Counted from the stretch's first letter, positions 1 through 13,930 are shown. The stretch: 64,000 bases of DNA from Auanema rhodensis (GCA_964057225.1 OZ059900.1:2356001-2420000), one strand, 5' to 3'. Notes: a model not told the origin generated them from the letters alone. Translations and numbers: made by a program.

Positions 1-347
1 GTCGAAAATAGAAAGAATTTTTGAAATTTCCGAGTTTTGAGTCCAATTTGGCTAAATCGCTCATATATATGATCAAAAGCATAGTTTTATTGTCTATAAC
101 AACAAAAGTCATCAATTAAACGCTAGTGATGTTTAAATACTGAATTTCGCTCAAATAGCATTACTACACTAAGTATGGTCGTTTTTATGCCTTTAACACC
201 ATATACTCACCGATTTTTGGTACAAAATCTGTAATACTCGTAAATTTTGATCATATTCGTTAAGATTTGAGAATCAAACATACAATACACAAAATCAGTC
301 TATTTTTATGAGCTTGCACTGATATATATTCATTTTGATCAAAAAAG
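1..347. repeat. Representative 347-bp monomer (class B)
   Basis: Diagnostic segment GTCATCAATTAAACGCTAGTGATGTTTAAAT-ACTGA at about 108-143, which lacks the C present in class A. Confidence 0.97.
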
Positions 348-695
348 GTCGAAAATAGAAAGAATTTTTGAAATTTCCGAGTTTTGAGTCTAATTTGGCT
401 AAATCGCTCATATATATGATCAAAAGCATAGTTTTACTGTCTATGATAACAAAAGTCTTCAAATATACACTAATAATGTGTAAATCACTGAATTTCACTC
501 AAATAGCTTTACTACACTAAGTATGGTCGTTTTTATGCCTTTAACACCATATACTCAACGATTTTTGGTACAAAATCTGTAATACTCGTAAATTTTGATC
601 ATATTCGTTAAGATTTGAGAATCAAACATACAATACACAAAATCAGTCTATTTTTATGAACTTGCACTGATATATATTCATTTTGATCAAAAAAG
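348..695. repeat. Representative 348-bp monomer (class A)
   Basis: Diagnostic segment GTCTTCAAATATACACTAATAATGTGTAAATCACTGA at about 455-491. A subclass carries AATGATTAAATC instead (e.g. about 2560). Confidence 0.97.
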
Positions 696-1319
696 GTCGA
701 AAATAGAAAGAATTTTTGAAATTTCCGAGTTTTGAGTCTAATTTGGCTAAATCGCTCATATATATGATCAAAAGCATAGTTTTACTGTCTATGATAACAA
801 AAGTCTTCAAATATACACTAATAATGTGTAAATCACTGATTTTCAGTCAAATAGCATTACTACACTAAGTATGGTCGTTTTTATGCCTTTAACACCATAT
901 ACTCACCGATTTTTGGTACAAAATCTGTAATACTTGTAAATTTTGATCATATTTGTTAAGATTCGAGAATCAAACACATAATACACGAAATAAGTCTATT
1001 TTTACAAGTTTGCACTGATATTTATTCATTTTGATCAAAAAAGGTCGAAAATAGAAAGAATTTTTGAAATTTCCGAGTTTTGAGTCCAATTTGGCTAAAT
1101 CGCTCATATATATGATCAAAAGCATAGTTTTATTGTCTATAACAACAAAAGTCATCAATTAAACGCTAGTGATGTTTAAATACTGAATTTCGCTCAAATA
1201 GCATTACTACACTAAGTATGGTCGTTTTTATGCCTTTAACACCATATACTCACCGATTTTTGGTACAAAATCTGTAATACTCGTAAATTTTGATCATATT
1301 CGTTAAGATTTGAGAATCA

Positions 1320-4300
1320 AACATACAATACACAAAATCAGTCTATTTTTATGAGCTTGCACTGATATATATTCATTTTGATCAAAAAAGGTCGAAAATA
1401 GAAAGAATTTTTGAAATTTCCGAGTTTTGAGTCTAATTTGGCTAAATCGCTCATATATATGATCAAAAGCATAGTTTTACTGTCTATGATAACAAAAGTC
1501 TTCAAATATACACTAATAATGTGTAAATCACTGAATTTCACTCAAATAGCTTTACTACACTAAGTATGGTCGTTTTTATGCCTTTAACACCATATACTCA
1601 ACGATTTTTGGTACAAAATCTGTAATACTCGTAAATTTTGATCATATTCGTTAAGATTTGAGAATCAAACATACAATACACAAAATCAGTCTATTTTTAT
1701 GAACTTGCACTGATATATATTCATTTTGATCAAAAAAGGTCGAAAATAGAAAGAATTTTTGAAATTTCCGAGTTTTGAGTCTAATTTGGCTAAATCGCTC
1801 ATATACATGATCAGAAGCATAGTTTTATTGTCTATGACAACAAAAGTCATCAATTAAACGCTAGTGATGTTTAAATACTGATTTTCGCTCAAATAGCATT
1901 ACTACACTAAGTATGGTCGTTTTTATGCCTTTAACACCATATACTCACCGATTTTTGGTACAAAATCTGTAATACTCGTAAATTTCGATCATATTCGTTA
2001 AGATTTGAAAATCAAACATACAATACACAAAATCAGTCTATTTTTATGAGCTTGCACTGATATATATTCATTTTGATCAAAAAAGGTCGAAAATAGAAAG
2101 AATTTTTGAAATTTCCGAGTTTTGAGTCTAATTTGGCTAAATCGCTCATATACATGATCAGAAGCATAGTTTTATTGTCTATGACAACAAAAGTCATCAA
2201 TTAAACGCTAGTGATGTTTAAATACTGATTTTCGCTCAAATAGCATTACTACACTAAGTATGGTCGTTTTTATGCCTTTAACACCATATACTCACCGATT
2301 TTTGGTACAAAATCTGTAATACTCGTAAATTTTGATCATATTCGTTAAGATTTGAAAATCAAACACACAATAAACAATATCAGTCTATTTTTATGAGTTT
2401 GCACTGATATATATTCATATTGATCAAAAAAGGTCGAAAATAGAAAGAATTTTTGAATTTTCCGAGTTTTGAGTCCAATTGGGCTAAATCGCTCATATAT
2501 ATGATCAAAAGCATAGTTTTACTGTCTATGATAACAAAAGTCTTCAAATATACACTAATAATGATTAAATCACTGAATTTCACTCAAATAGCATTACTAC
2601 ACTAAGTATGGTCGTTTTTATGCCTTTAACACCATATACTCACCGATTTTTGGTACAAAATCTGTAATACTCGTAAATTTTGATCATATTCGTTAAGATT
2701 TGAGAATCAAACATACAATACACAAAATCAGTCTATTTTTATGAGCTTGCACTGATATATATTCATTTTGATCAAAAAAGGTCGAAAATAGAAAGAATTT
2801 TTGAAATTTCCGAGTTTTGAGTCTAATTTGGCTAAATCGCTCATATATATGATCAAAAGCATAGTTTTACTGTCTATGATAACAAAAGTCTTCAAATATA
2901 CACTAATAATGTGTAAATCACTGAATTTCACTCAAATAGCTTTACTACACTAAGTATGGTCGTTTTTATGCCTTTAACACCATATACTCAACGATTTTTG
3001 GTACAAAATCTGTAATACTCGTAAATTTTGATCATATTCGTTAAGATTTGAGAATCAAACATACAATACACAAAATCAGTCTATTTTTATGAGCTTGCAC
3101 TGATATATATTCATTTTGATCAAAAAAGGTCGAAAATAGAAAGAATTTTTGAAATTTCCGAGTTTTGAGTCTAATTTGGCTAAATCGCTCATATATATGA
3201 TCAAAAGCATAGTTTTACTGTCTATGATAACAAAAGTCTTCAAATATACACTAATAATGTGTAAATCACTGAATTTCACTCAAATAGCTTTACTACACTA
3301 AGTATGGTCGTTTTTATGCCTTTAACACCATATACTCAACGATTTTTGGTACAAAATCTGTAATACTCGTAAATTTTGATCATATTCGTTAAGATTTGAG
3401 AATCAAACATACAATACACAAAATCAGTCTATTTTTATGAGCTTGCACTGATATATATTCATTTTGATCAAAAAAGGTCGAAAATAGAAAGAATTTTTGA
3501 AATTTCCGAGTTTTGAGTCTAATTTGGCTAAATCGCTCATATATATGATCAAAAGCATAGTTTTACTGTCTATGATAACAAAAGTCTTCAAATATACACT
3601 AATAATGTGTAAATCACTGAATTTCACTCAAATAGCTTTACTACACTAAGTATGGTCGTTTTTATGCCTTTAACACCATATACTCAACGATTTTTGGTAC
3701 AAAATCTGTAATACTCGTAAATTTTGATCATATTCGTTAAGATTTGAGAATCAAACATACAATACACAAAATCAGTCTATTTTTATGAACTTGCACTGAT
3801 ATATATTCATTTTGATCAAAAAAGGTCGAAAATAGAAAGAATTTTTGAAATTTCCGAGTTTTGAGTCTAATTTGGCTAAATCGCTCATATACATGATCAG
3901 AAGCATAGTTTTATTGTCTATGACAACAAAAGTCATCAATTAAACGCTAGTGATGTTTAAATACTGATTTTCGCTCAAATAGCATTACTACACTAAGTAT
4001 GGTCGTTTTTATGCCTTTAACACCATATACTCACCGATTTTTGGTACAAAATCTGTAATACTCGTAAATTTCGATCATATTCGTTAAGATTTGAAAATCA
4101 AACATACAATACACAAAATCAGTCTATTTTTATGAGCTTGCACTGATATATATTCATTTTGATCAAAAAAGGTCGAAAATAGAAAGAATTTTTGAAATTT
4201 CCGAGTTTTGAGTCTAATTTGGCTAAATCGCTCATATACATGATCAGAAGCATAGTTTTATTGTCTATGACAACAAAAGTCATCAATTAAACGCTAGTGA

Positions 4301-5760
4301 TGTTTAAATACTGATTTTCGCTCAAATAGCATTACTACACTAAGTATGGTCGTTTTTATGCCTTTAACACCATATACTCACCGATTTTTGGTACAAAATC
4401 TGTAATACTCGTAAATTTTGATCATATTCGTTAAGATTTGAAAATCAAACACACAATAAACAATATCAGTCTATTTTTATGAGTTTGCACTGATATATAT
4501 TCATATTGATCAAAAAAGGTCGAAAATAGAAAGAATTTTTGAATTTTCCGAGTTTTGAGTCCAATTGGGCTAAATCGCTCATATATATGATCAAAAGCAT
4601 AGTTTTACTGTCTATGATAACAAAAGTCTTCAAATATACACTAATAATGATTAAATCACTGAATTTCACTCAAATAGCATTACTACACTAAGTATGGTCG
4701 TTTTTATGCCTTTAACACCATATACTCACCGATTTTTGGTACAAAATCTGTAATACTCGTAAATTTTGATCATATTCGTTAAGATTTGAGAATCAAACAT
4801 ACAATACACAAAATCAGTCTATTTTTATGAGCTTGCACTGATATATATTCATTTTGATCAAAAAAGGTCGAAAATAGAAAGAATTTTTGAAATTTCCGAG
4901 TTTTGAGTCTAATTTGGCTAAATCGCTCATATATATGATCAAAAGCATAGTTTTACTGTCTATGATAACAAAAGTCTTCAAATATACACTAATAATGTGT
5001 AAATCACTGAATTTCACTCAAATAGCTTTACTACACTAAGTATGGTCGTTTTTATGCCTTTAACACCATATACTCAACGATTTTTGGTACAAAATCTGTA
5101 ATACTCGTAAATTTTGATCATATTCGTTAAGATTTGAGAATCAAACATACAATACACAAAATCAGTCTATTTTTATGAGCTTGCACTGATATATATTCAT
5201 TTTGATCAAAAAAGGTCGAAAATAGAAAGAATTTTTGAAATTTCCGAGTTTTGAGTCTAATTTGGCTAAATCGCTCATATATATGATCAAAAGCATAGTT
5301 TTACTGTCTATGATAACAAAAGTCTTCAAATATACACTAATAATGTGTAAATCACTGAATTTCACTCAAATAGCTTTACTACACTAAGTATGGTCGTTTT
5401 TATGCCTTTAACACCATATACTCAACGATTTTTGGTACAAAATCTGTAATACTCGTAAATTTTGATCATATTCGTTAAGATTTGAGAATCAAACATACAA
5501 TACACAAAATCAGTCTATTTTTATGAGCTTGCACTGATATATATTCATTTTGATCAAAAAAGGTCGAAAATAGAAAGAATTTTTGAAATTTCCGAGTTTT
5601 GAGTCTAATTTGGCTAAATCGCTCATATATATGATCAAAAGCATAGTTTTACTGTCTATGATAACAAAAGTCTTCAAATATACACTAATAATGTGTAAAT
5701 CACTGAATTTCACTCAAATAGCTTTACTACACTAAGTATGGTCGTTTTTATGCCTTTAAC
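1320..5760. repeat. 6-monomer higher-order repeat, period 2086 bp, about 2 tandem copies
   Basis: ORF-track pairs 1338/3424, 2380/4466, 2728/4814 and 3076/5162 all differ by 2086. The rare variant GAACTTGCAC occurs at 1701 and 3787. Confidence 0.9.
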
Positions 5761-8700
5761 ACCATATACTCACCGATTTTTGGTACAAAATCTGTGATAC
5801 TCGTAAATTTTGATCATATTCGTTAAGATTTGAAAATCAAACACACAATAAACAAAATCAGTCTATTTTTATGAGTTTGCACTGATATATATTCATTTTG
5901 ATCAAAAAAGGTCGAAAATAGAAAGAATTTTTGAAATTTCCGAGTTTTGAGTCTAATTTGGCTAAATCGCTCATATATAAGATCAAAAGCATAGTTTTAC
6001 TGTCTATGATAACAAAAGTCTTCAAATATACACTAATAATGATTAAATCACTGATTTTCAGTCAAATAGCATTACTACACTAAGTATGGTCGTTTTTATG
6101 CCTTTAACACCATATACTCACCGATTTTTGGTACAAAATCTGTAATACTCGTAAATTTCGATCATATTCGTTAAGATTTGAAAATCAAACACACAATAAA
6201 CAAAATCAGTCTATTTTTATGAGTTTGCACTGATATATATTCATTTTGATCAAAAAAGGTCGAAAATAGAAAGAATTTTTGAATTTTCCGAGTTTTGAGT
6301 CCAATTGGGCTAAATCGCTCATATATATGATCAAAAGCATAGTTTTACTGTCTATGATAACAAAAGTCTTCAAATATACACTAATAATGATTAAATCACT
6401 GATTTTCAGTCAAATAGCATTACTACACTAAGTATGGTCGTTTTTATGCCTTTAACACCATATACTCACCGATTTTTGGTACAAAATCTGTAATACTTGT
6501 AAATTTTGATCATATTTGTTAAGATTCGAGAATCAAACACATAATACACGAAATAAGTCTATTTTTACAAGTTTGCACTGATATTTATTCATTTTGATCA
6601 AAAAAGGTCGAAAATAGAAAGAATTTTTGAAATTTCCGAGTTTTGAGTCTAATTTGGCTAAATCGCTCATATACATGATCAGAAGCATAGTTTTATTGTC
6701 TATGACAACAAAAATCATCAATTAAACGCTAGTGATGTTTAAATACTGATTTTCGCTCAAATAGCATTACTACACTAAGTATGGTCGTTTTTATGCCTTT
6801 AACACCATATACTCACCGATTTTTGGTACAAAATCTGTAATACTCGTAAATTTTGATCATATTCGTTAAGATTTGAAAATCAAACACACAATAAACAAAA
6901 TCAGTCTATTTTTATGAGTTTGCACTGATATATATTCATTTTGATCAAAAAAGGTCGAAAATAGAAAGAATTTTTGAATTTTCCGAGTTTTGAGTCCAAT
7001 TGGGCTAAATCGCTCATATATATGATCAAAAGCATAGTTTTACTGTCTATGATAACAAAAGTCTTCAAATATACACTAATAATGATTAAATCACTGATTT
7101 TCAGTCAAATAGCATTACTACACTAAGTATGGTCGTTTTTATGCCTTTAACACCATATACTCACCGATTTTTGGTACAAAATCTGTAATACTTGTAAATT
7201 TTGATCATATTTGTTAAGATTCGAGAATCAAACACATAATACACGAAATAAGTCTATTTTTACAAGTTTGCACTGATATTTATTCATTTTGATCAAAAAA
7301 GGTCGAAAATAGAAAGAATTTTTGAAATTTCCGAGTTTTGAGTCCAATTTGGCTAAATCGCTCATATATATGATCAAAAGCATAGTTTTATTGTCTATAA
7401 CAACAAAAGTCATCAATTAAACGCTAGTGATGTTTAAATACTGAATTTCGCTCAAATAGCATTACTACACTAAGTATGGTCGTTTTTATGCCTTTAACAC
7501 CATATACTCACCGATTTTTGGTACAAAATCTGTAATACTCGTAAATTTTGATCATATTCGTTAAGATTTGAGAATCAAACATACAATACACAAAATCAGT
7601 CTATTTTTATGAGCTTGCACTGATATATATTCATTTTGATCAAAAAAGGTCGAAAATAGAAAGAATTTTTGAAATTTCCGAGTTTTGAGTCTAATTTGGC
7701 TAAATCGCTCATATATATGATCAAAAGCATAGTTTTACTGTCTATGATAACAAAAGTCTTCAAATATACACTAATAATGTGTAAATCACTGAATTTCACT
7801 CAAATAGCTTTACTACACTAAGTATGGTCGTTTTTATGCCTTTAACACCATATACTCAACGATTTTTGGTACAAAATCTGTAATACTCGTAAATTTTGAT
7901 CATATTCGTTAAGATTTGAGAATCAAACATACAATACACAAAATCAGTCTATTTTTATGAACTTGCACTGATATATATTCATTTTGATCAAAAAAGGTCG
8001 AAAATAGAAAGAATTTTTGAAATTTCCGAGTTTTGAGTCTAATTTGGCTAAATCGCTCATATACATGATCAGAAGCATAGTTTTATTGTCTATGACAACA
8101 AAAGTCATCAATTAAACGCTAGTGATGTTTAAATACTGATTTTCGCTCAAATAGCATTACTACACTAAGTATGGTCGTTTTTATGCCTTTAACACCATAT
8201 ACTCACCGATTTTTGGTACAAAATCTGTAATACTCGTAAATTTCGATCATATTCGTTAAGATTTGAAAATCAAACATACAATACACAAAATCAGTCTATT
8301 TTTATGAGCTTGCACTGATATATATTCATTTTGATCAAAAAAGGTCGAAAATAGAAAGAATTTTTGAAATTTCCGAGTTTTGAGTCTAATTTGGCTAAAT
8401 CGCTCATATACATGATCAGAAGCATAGTTTTATTGTCTATGACAACAAAAGTCATCAATTAAACGCTAGTGATGTTTAAATACTGATTTTCGCTCAAATA
8501 GCATTACTACACTAAGTATGGTCGTTTTTATACCTTCAACACCATATACTCACCGATTTTTGGTACAAAATCTGTAATACTCGTAAATTTTGATCATATT
8601 CGTTAAGATTTGAAAATCAAACACACAATAAACAATATCAGTCTATTTTTATGAGTTTGCACTGATATATATTCATATTGATCAAAAAAGGTCGAAAATA

Positions 8701-11049
8701 GAAAGAATTTTTGAATTTTCCGAGTTTTGAGTCCAATTGGGCTAAATCGCTCATATATATGATCAAAAGCATAGTTTTACTGTCTATGATAACAAAAGTC
8801 TTCAAATATACACTAATAATGATTAAATCACTGAATTTCACTCAAATAGCATTACTACACTAAGTATGGTCGTTTTTATGCCTTTAACACCATATACTCA
8901 CCGATTTTTGGTACAAAATCTGTAATACTCGTAAATTTTGATCATATTCGTTAAGATTTGAGAATCAAACATACAATACACAAAATCAGTCTATTTTTAT
9001 GAGCTTGCACTGATATATATTCATTTTGATCAAAAAAGGTCGAAAATAGAAAGAATTTTTGAAATTTCCGAGTTTTGAGTCTAATTTGGCTAAATCGCTC
9101 ATATATATGATCAAAAGCATAGTTTTACTGTCTATGATAACAAAAATCTTCAAATATACACTAATAATGTGTAAATCACTGAATTTCACTCAAATAGCTT
9201 TACTACACTAAGTATGGTCGTTTTTATGCCTTTAACACCATATACTCAACGATTTTTGGTACAAAATCTGTAATACTCGTAAATTTTGATCATATTCGTT
9301 AAGATTTGAGAATCAAACATACAATACACAAAATCAGTCTATTTTTATGAGCTTGCACTGATATATATTCATTTTGATCAAAAAAGGTCGAAAATAGAAA
9401 GAATTTTTGAAATTTCCGAGTTTTGAGTCTAATTTGGCTAAATCGCTCATATATATGATCAAAAGCATAGTTTTACTGTCTATGATAACAAAAGTCTTCA
9501 AATATACACTAATAATGTGTAATTCACTGAATTTCACTCAAATAGCTTTACTACACTAAGTATGGTCGTTTTTATGCCTTTAACACCATATACTCAACGA
9601 TTTTTGGTACAAAATCTGTAATACTCGTAAATTTTGATCATATTCGTTAAGATTTGAGAATCAAACATACAATACACAAAATCAGTCTATTTTTATGAGC
9701 TTGCACTGATATATATTCATTTTGATCAAAAAAGGTCGAAAATAGAAAGAATTTTTGAAATTTCCGAGTTTTGAGTCTAATTTGGCTAAATCGCTCATAT
9801 ACATGATCAGAAGCATAGTTTTATTGTCTATGACAACAAAAGTCATCAATTAAACGCTAGTGATGTTTAAATACTGATTTTCGCTCAAATAGCATTACTA
9901 CACTAAGTATGGTCGTTTTTATGCCTTTAACACCATATACTCACCGATTTTTGGTACAAAATCTGTAATACTCGTAAATTTCGATCATATTCGTTAAGAT
10001 TTGAAAATCAAACACACAATAAACAAAATCGGTCTATTTTTATGAGTTTGCACTGATATATATTCATTTTGATCAAAAAAGGTCGAAAATAGAAAGAATT
10101 TTTGAATTTTCCGAGTTTTGAGTCCAATTGGGCTAAATCGCTCATATATATGATCAAAAGCATAGTTTTACTGTCTATGATAACAAAAGTCTTCAAATAT
10201 ACACTAATAATGATTAAATCACTGAATTTCACTCAAATAGCATTACTACACTAAGTATGGTCGTTTTTATGCCTTTAACACCATATACTCACCGATTTTT
10301 GGTACAAAATCTGTGATACTTGTAAATTTTGATCATATTCGTTAAGATTTGAAAATCAAACACACAATAAACAAAATCAGTCTATTTTTATGAGTTTGCA
10401 CTGATATATATTCATTTTAAACAAAAAAGGTCGAAAATAGAAAGAATTTTTGAAATTTCCGAGTTTTGAGTCTAATTTGGCTAAATCGCTCATATATAAG
10501 ATCAAAAGCATAGTTTTACTGTCTATGATAACAAAAGTCTTCAAATTTACACTAATAATGTGTAAATCACTGAATTTCACTCAAATAGCTTTACTACACT
10601 AAGTATGGTCGTTTTTATGCCTTTAACACCATATACTCACCGATTTTTGGTACAAAATCTGTAATACTCGTAAATTTTGATCATATTCGTTAAGATTTGA
10701 GAATCAAACATACAATACACAAAATCAGTCTATTTTTATGAGCTTGCACTGATATATATTCATTTTGATCAAAAAAGGTCGAAAATAGAAAGAATTTTTG
10801 AAATTTCCGAGTTTTGAGTCTAATTTGGCTAAATCGCTCATATATATGATCAAAAGCATAGTTTTACTGTCTATGATAACAAAAGTCTTCAAATATACAC
10901 TAATAATGTGTAAATCACTGAATTTCACTCAAATAGCTTTACTACACTAAGTATGGTCGTTTTTATGCCTTTAACACCATATACTCAACGATTTTTGGTA
11001 CAAAATCTGTAATACTCGTAAATTTTGATCATATTCGTTAAGATTTGAG

Positions 11050-13930
11050 AATCAAACATACAATACACAAAATCAGTCTATTTTTATGAGCTTGCACTGA
11101 TATATATTCATTTTGATCAAAAAAGGTCGAAAATAGAAAGAATTTTTGAAATTTCCGAGTTTTGAGTCTAATTTGGCTAAATCGCTCATATATATGATCA
11201 AAAGCATAGTTTTACTGTCTATGATAACAAAAGTCTTCAAATATACACTAATAATGTGTAAATCACTGAATTTCACTCAAATAGCTTTACTACACTAAGT
11301 ATGGTCGTTTTTATGCCTTTAACACCATATACTCAACGATTTTTGGTACAAAATCTGTAATACTCGTAAATTTTGATCATATTCGTTAAGATTTGAGAAT
11401 CAAACATACAATACACAAAATCAGTCTATTTTTATGAGCTTGCACTGATATATATTCATTTTGATCAAAAAAGGTCGAAAATAGAAAGAATTTTTGAAAT
11501 TTCCGAGTTTTGAGTCTAATTTGGCTAAATCGCTCATATACATGATCAGAAGCATAGTTTTATTGTCTATGACAACAAAAGTCATCAATTAAACGCTAGT
11601 GATGTTTAAATACTGATTTTCGCTCAAATAGCATTACTACACTAAGTATGGTCGTTTTTATGCCTTTAACACCATATACTCACCGATTTTTGGTACAAAA
11701 TCTGTAATACTCGTAAATTTTGATCATATTCGTTAAGATTTGAAAATCAAACACACAATAAACAATATCAGTCTATTTTTATGAGTTTGCACTGATATAT
11801 ATTCATATTGATCAAAAAAGGTCGAAAATAGAAAGAATTTTTGAATTTTCCGAGTTTTGAGTCCAATTGGGCTAAATCGCTCATATATATGATCAAAAGC
11901 ATAGTTTTACTGTCTATGATAACAAAAGTCTTCAAATATACACTAATAATGATTAAATCACTGAATTTCACTCAAATAGCATTACTACACTAAGTATGGT
12001 CGTTTTTATGCCTTTAACACCATATACTCACCGATTTTTGGTACAAAATCTGTAATACTCGTAAATTTTGATCATATTCGTTAAGATTTGAGAATCAAAC
12101 ATACAATACACAAAATCAGTCTATTTTTATGAGCTTGCACTGATATATATTCATTTTGATCAAAAAAGGTCGAAAATAGAAAGAATTTTTGAAATTTCCG
12201 AGTTTTGAGTCTAATTTGGCTAAATCGCTCATATATATGATCAAAAGCATAGTTTTACTGTCTATGATAACAAAAGTCTTCAAATATACACTAATAATGT
12301 GTAAATCACTGAATTTCACTCAAATAGCTTTACTACACTAAGTATGGTCGTTTTTATGCCTTTAACACCATATACTCAACGATTTTTGGTACAAAATCTG
12401 TAATACTCGTAAATTTTGATCATATTCGTTAAGATTTGAGAATCAAACATACAATACACAAAATCAGTCTATTTTTATGAGCTTGCACTGATATATATTC
12501 ATTTTGATCAAAAAAGGTCGAAAATAGAAAGAATTTTTGAAATTTCCGAGTTTTGAGTCTAATTTGGCTAAATCGCTCATATACATGATCAGAAGCATAG
12601 TTTTATTGTCTATGACAACAAAAGTCATCAATTAAACGCTAGTGATGTTTAAATACTGATTTTCGCTCAAATAGCATTACTACACTAAGTATGGTCGTTT
12701 TTATGCCTTTAACACCATATACTCACCGATTTTTGGTACAAAATCTGTAATACTCGTAAATTTCGATCATATTCGTTAAGATTTGAAAATCAAACACACA
12801 ATAAACAAAATCAGTCTAGTTTTATGAGTTTGCACTGATATATATTCATTTTGATCAAAAAAGGTCGAAAATAGAAAGAATTTTTGAATTTTCCGAGTTT
12901 TGAGTCCAATTGGGCTAAATCGCTCATATATATGATCAAAAGCATAGTTTTACTGTCTATGATAACAAAAGTCTTCAAATATACACTAATAATGATTAAA
13001 TCACTGAATTTCACTCAAATAGCATTACTACACTAAGTATGGTCGTTTTTATGCCTTTAACACCATATACTCACCGATTTTTGGTACAAAATCTGTGATA
13101 CTCGTAAATTTTGATCATATTCGTTAAGATTTGAGAATCAAACATACAATACACAAAATCAGTCTATTTTTATGAGCTTGCACTGATATATATTCATTTT
13201 GATCAAAAAAGATCGAAAATAGAAAGAATTTTTGAAATTTCCGAGTTTTGAGTCTAATTTGGCTAAATCGCTCATATATATGATCAAAAGCATAGTTTTA
13301 CTGTCTATGATAACAAAAGTCTTCAAATATACACTAATAATGTGTAAATCACTGAATTTCACTCAAATAGCTTTACTACACTAAGTATGGTCGTTTTTAT
13401 GCCTTTAACACCATATACTCAACGATTTTTGGTACAAAATCTGTAATACTCGTAAATTTTGATCATATTCGTTAAGATTTGAGAATCAAACATACAATAC
13501 ACAAAATCAGTCTATTTTTATGAGCTTGCACTGATATATATTCATTTTGATCAAAAAAGGTCGAAAATAGAAAGAATTTTTGAAATTTCCGAGTTTTGAG
13601 TCTAATTTGGCTAAATCGCTCATATACATGATCAGAAGCATAGTTTTATTGTCTATGACAACAAAAGTCATCAATTAAACGCTAGTGATGTTTAAATACT
13701 GATTTTCGCTCAAATAGCATTACTACACTAAGTATGGTCGTTTTTATGCCTTTAACACCATATACTCACCGATTTTTGGTACAAAATCTGTAATACTCGT
13801 AAATTTTGATCATATTCGTTAAGATTTGAAAATCAAACACACAATAAACAATATCAGTCTATTTTTATGAGTTTGCACTGATATATATTCATATTGATCA
13901 AAAAAGGTCGAAAATAGAAAGAATTTTTGA
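11050..13930. repeat. Local trimer periodicity (A, B, A'), period 1043 bp
   Basis: ORF starts 11073/12116/13159 and 11768/12811 are spaced 1043 apart, each pair separated by a class-B monomer. Confidence 0.75.

Noticed and set aside
255-272. CENP-B-box-like motif ATTCGTTAAGATT(C/T)GAGA
   Set aside because: It shares TTCG, but does not fit NTTCGNNNNANNCGGGN. The spacing is off by one and CGGG is absent.
1-347. Tandem 5S rDNA, tRNA, snRNA or spliced-leader gene unit
   Set aside because: No recognisable 5S or tRNA sequence, Pol III A/B/C boxes or GC-rich stems were seen, and the unit is only about 29% GC. An Infernal/Rfam scan would be the formal test.
1-347. Assignment to a named ~350-bp satellite (Drosophila 359-bp, Tribolium, Chironomus telomeric or cucurbit satellites)
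   Set aside because: Only the length and AT richness are similar. I cannot support sequence homology without a search.
1-347. Tandem MITE or transposon-derived unit
   Set aside because: No terminal inverted repeats bounding a unit and no target-site duplications were identified. Only short internal palindromes are present.
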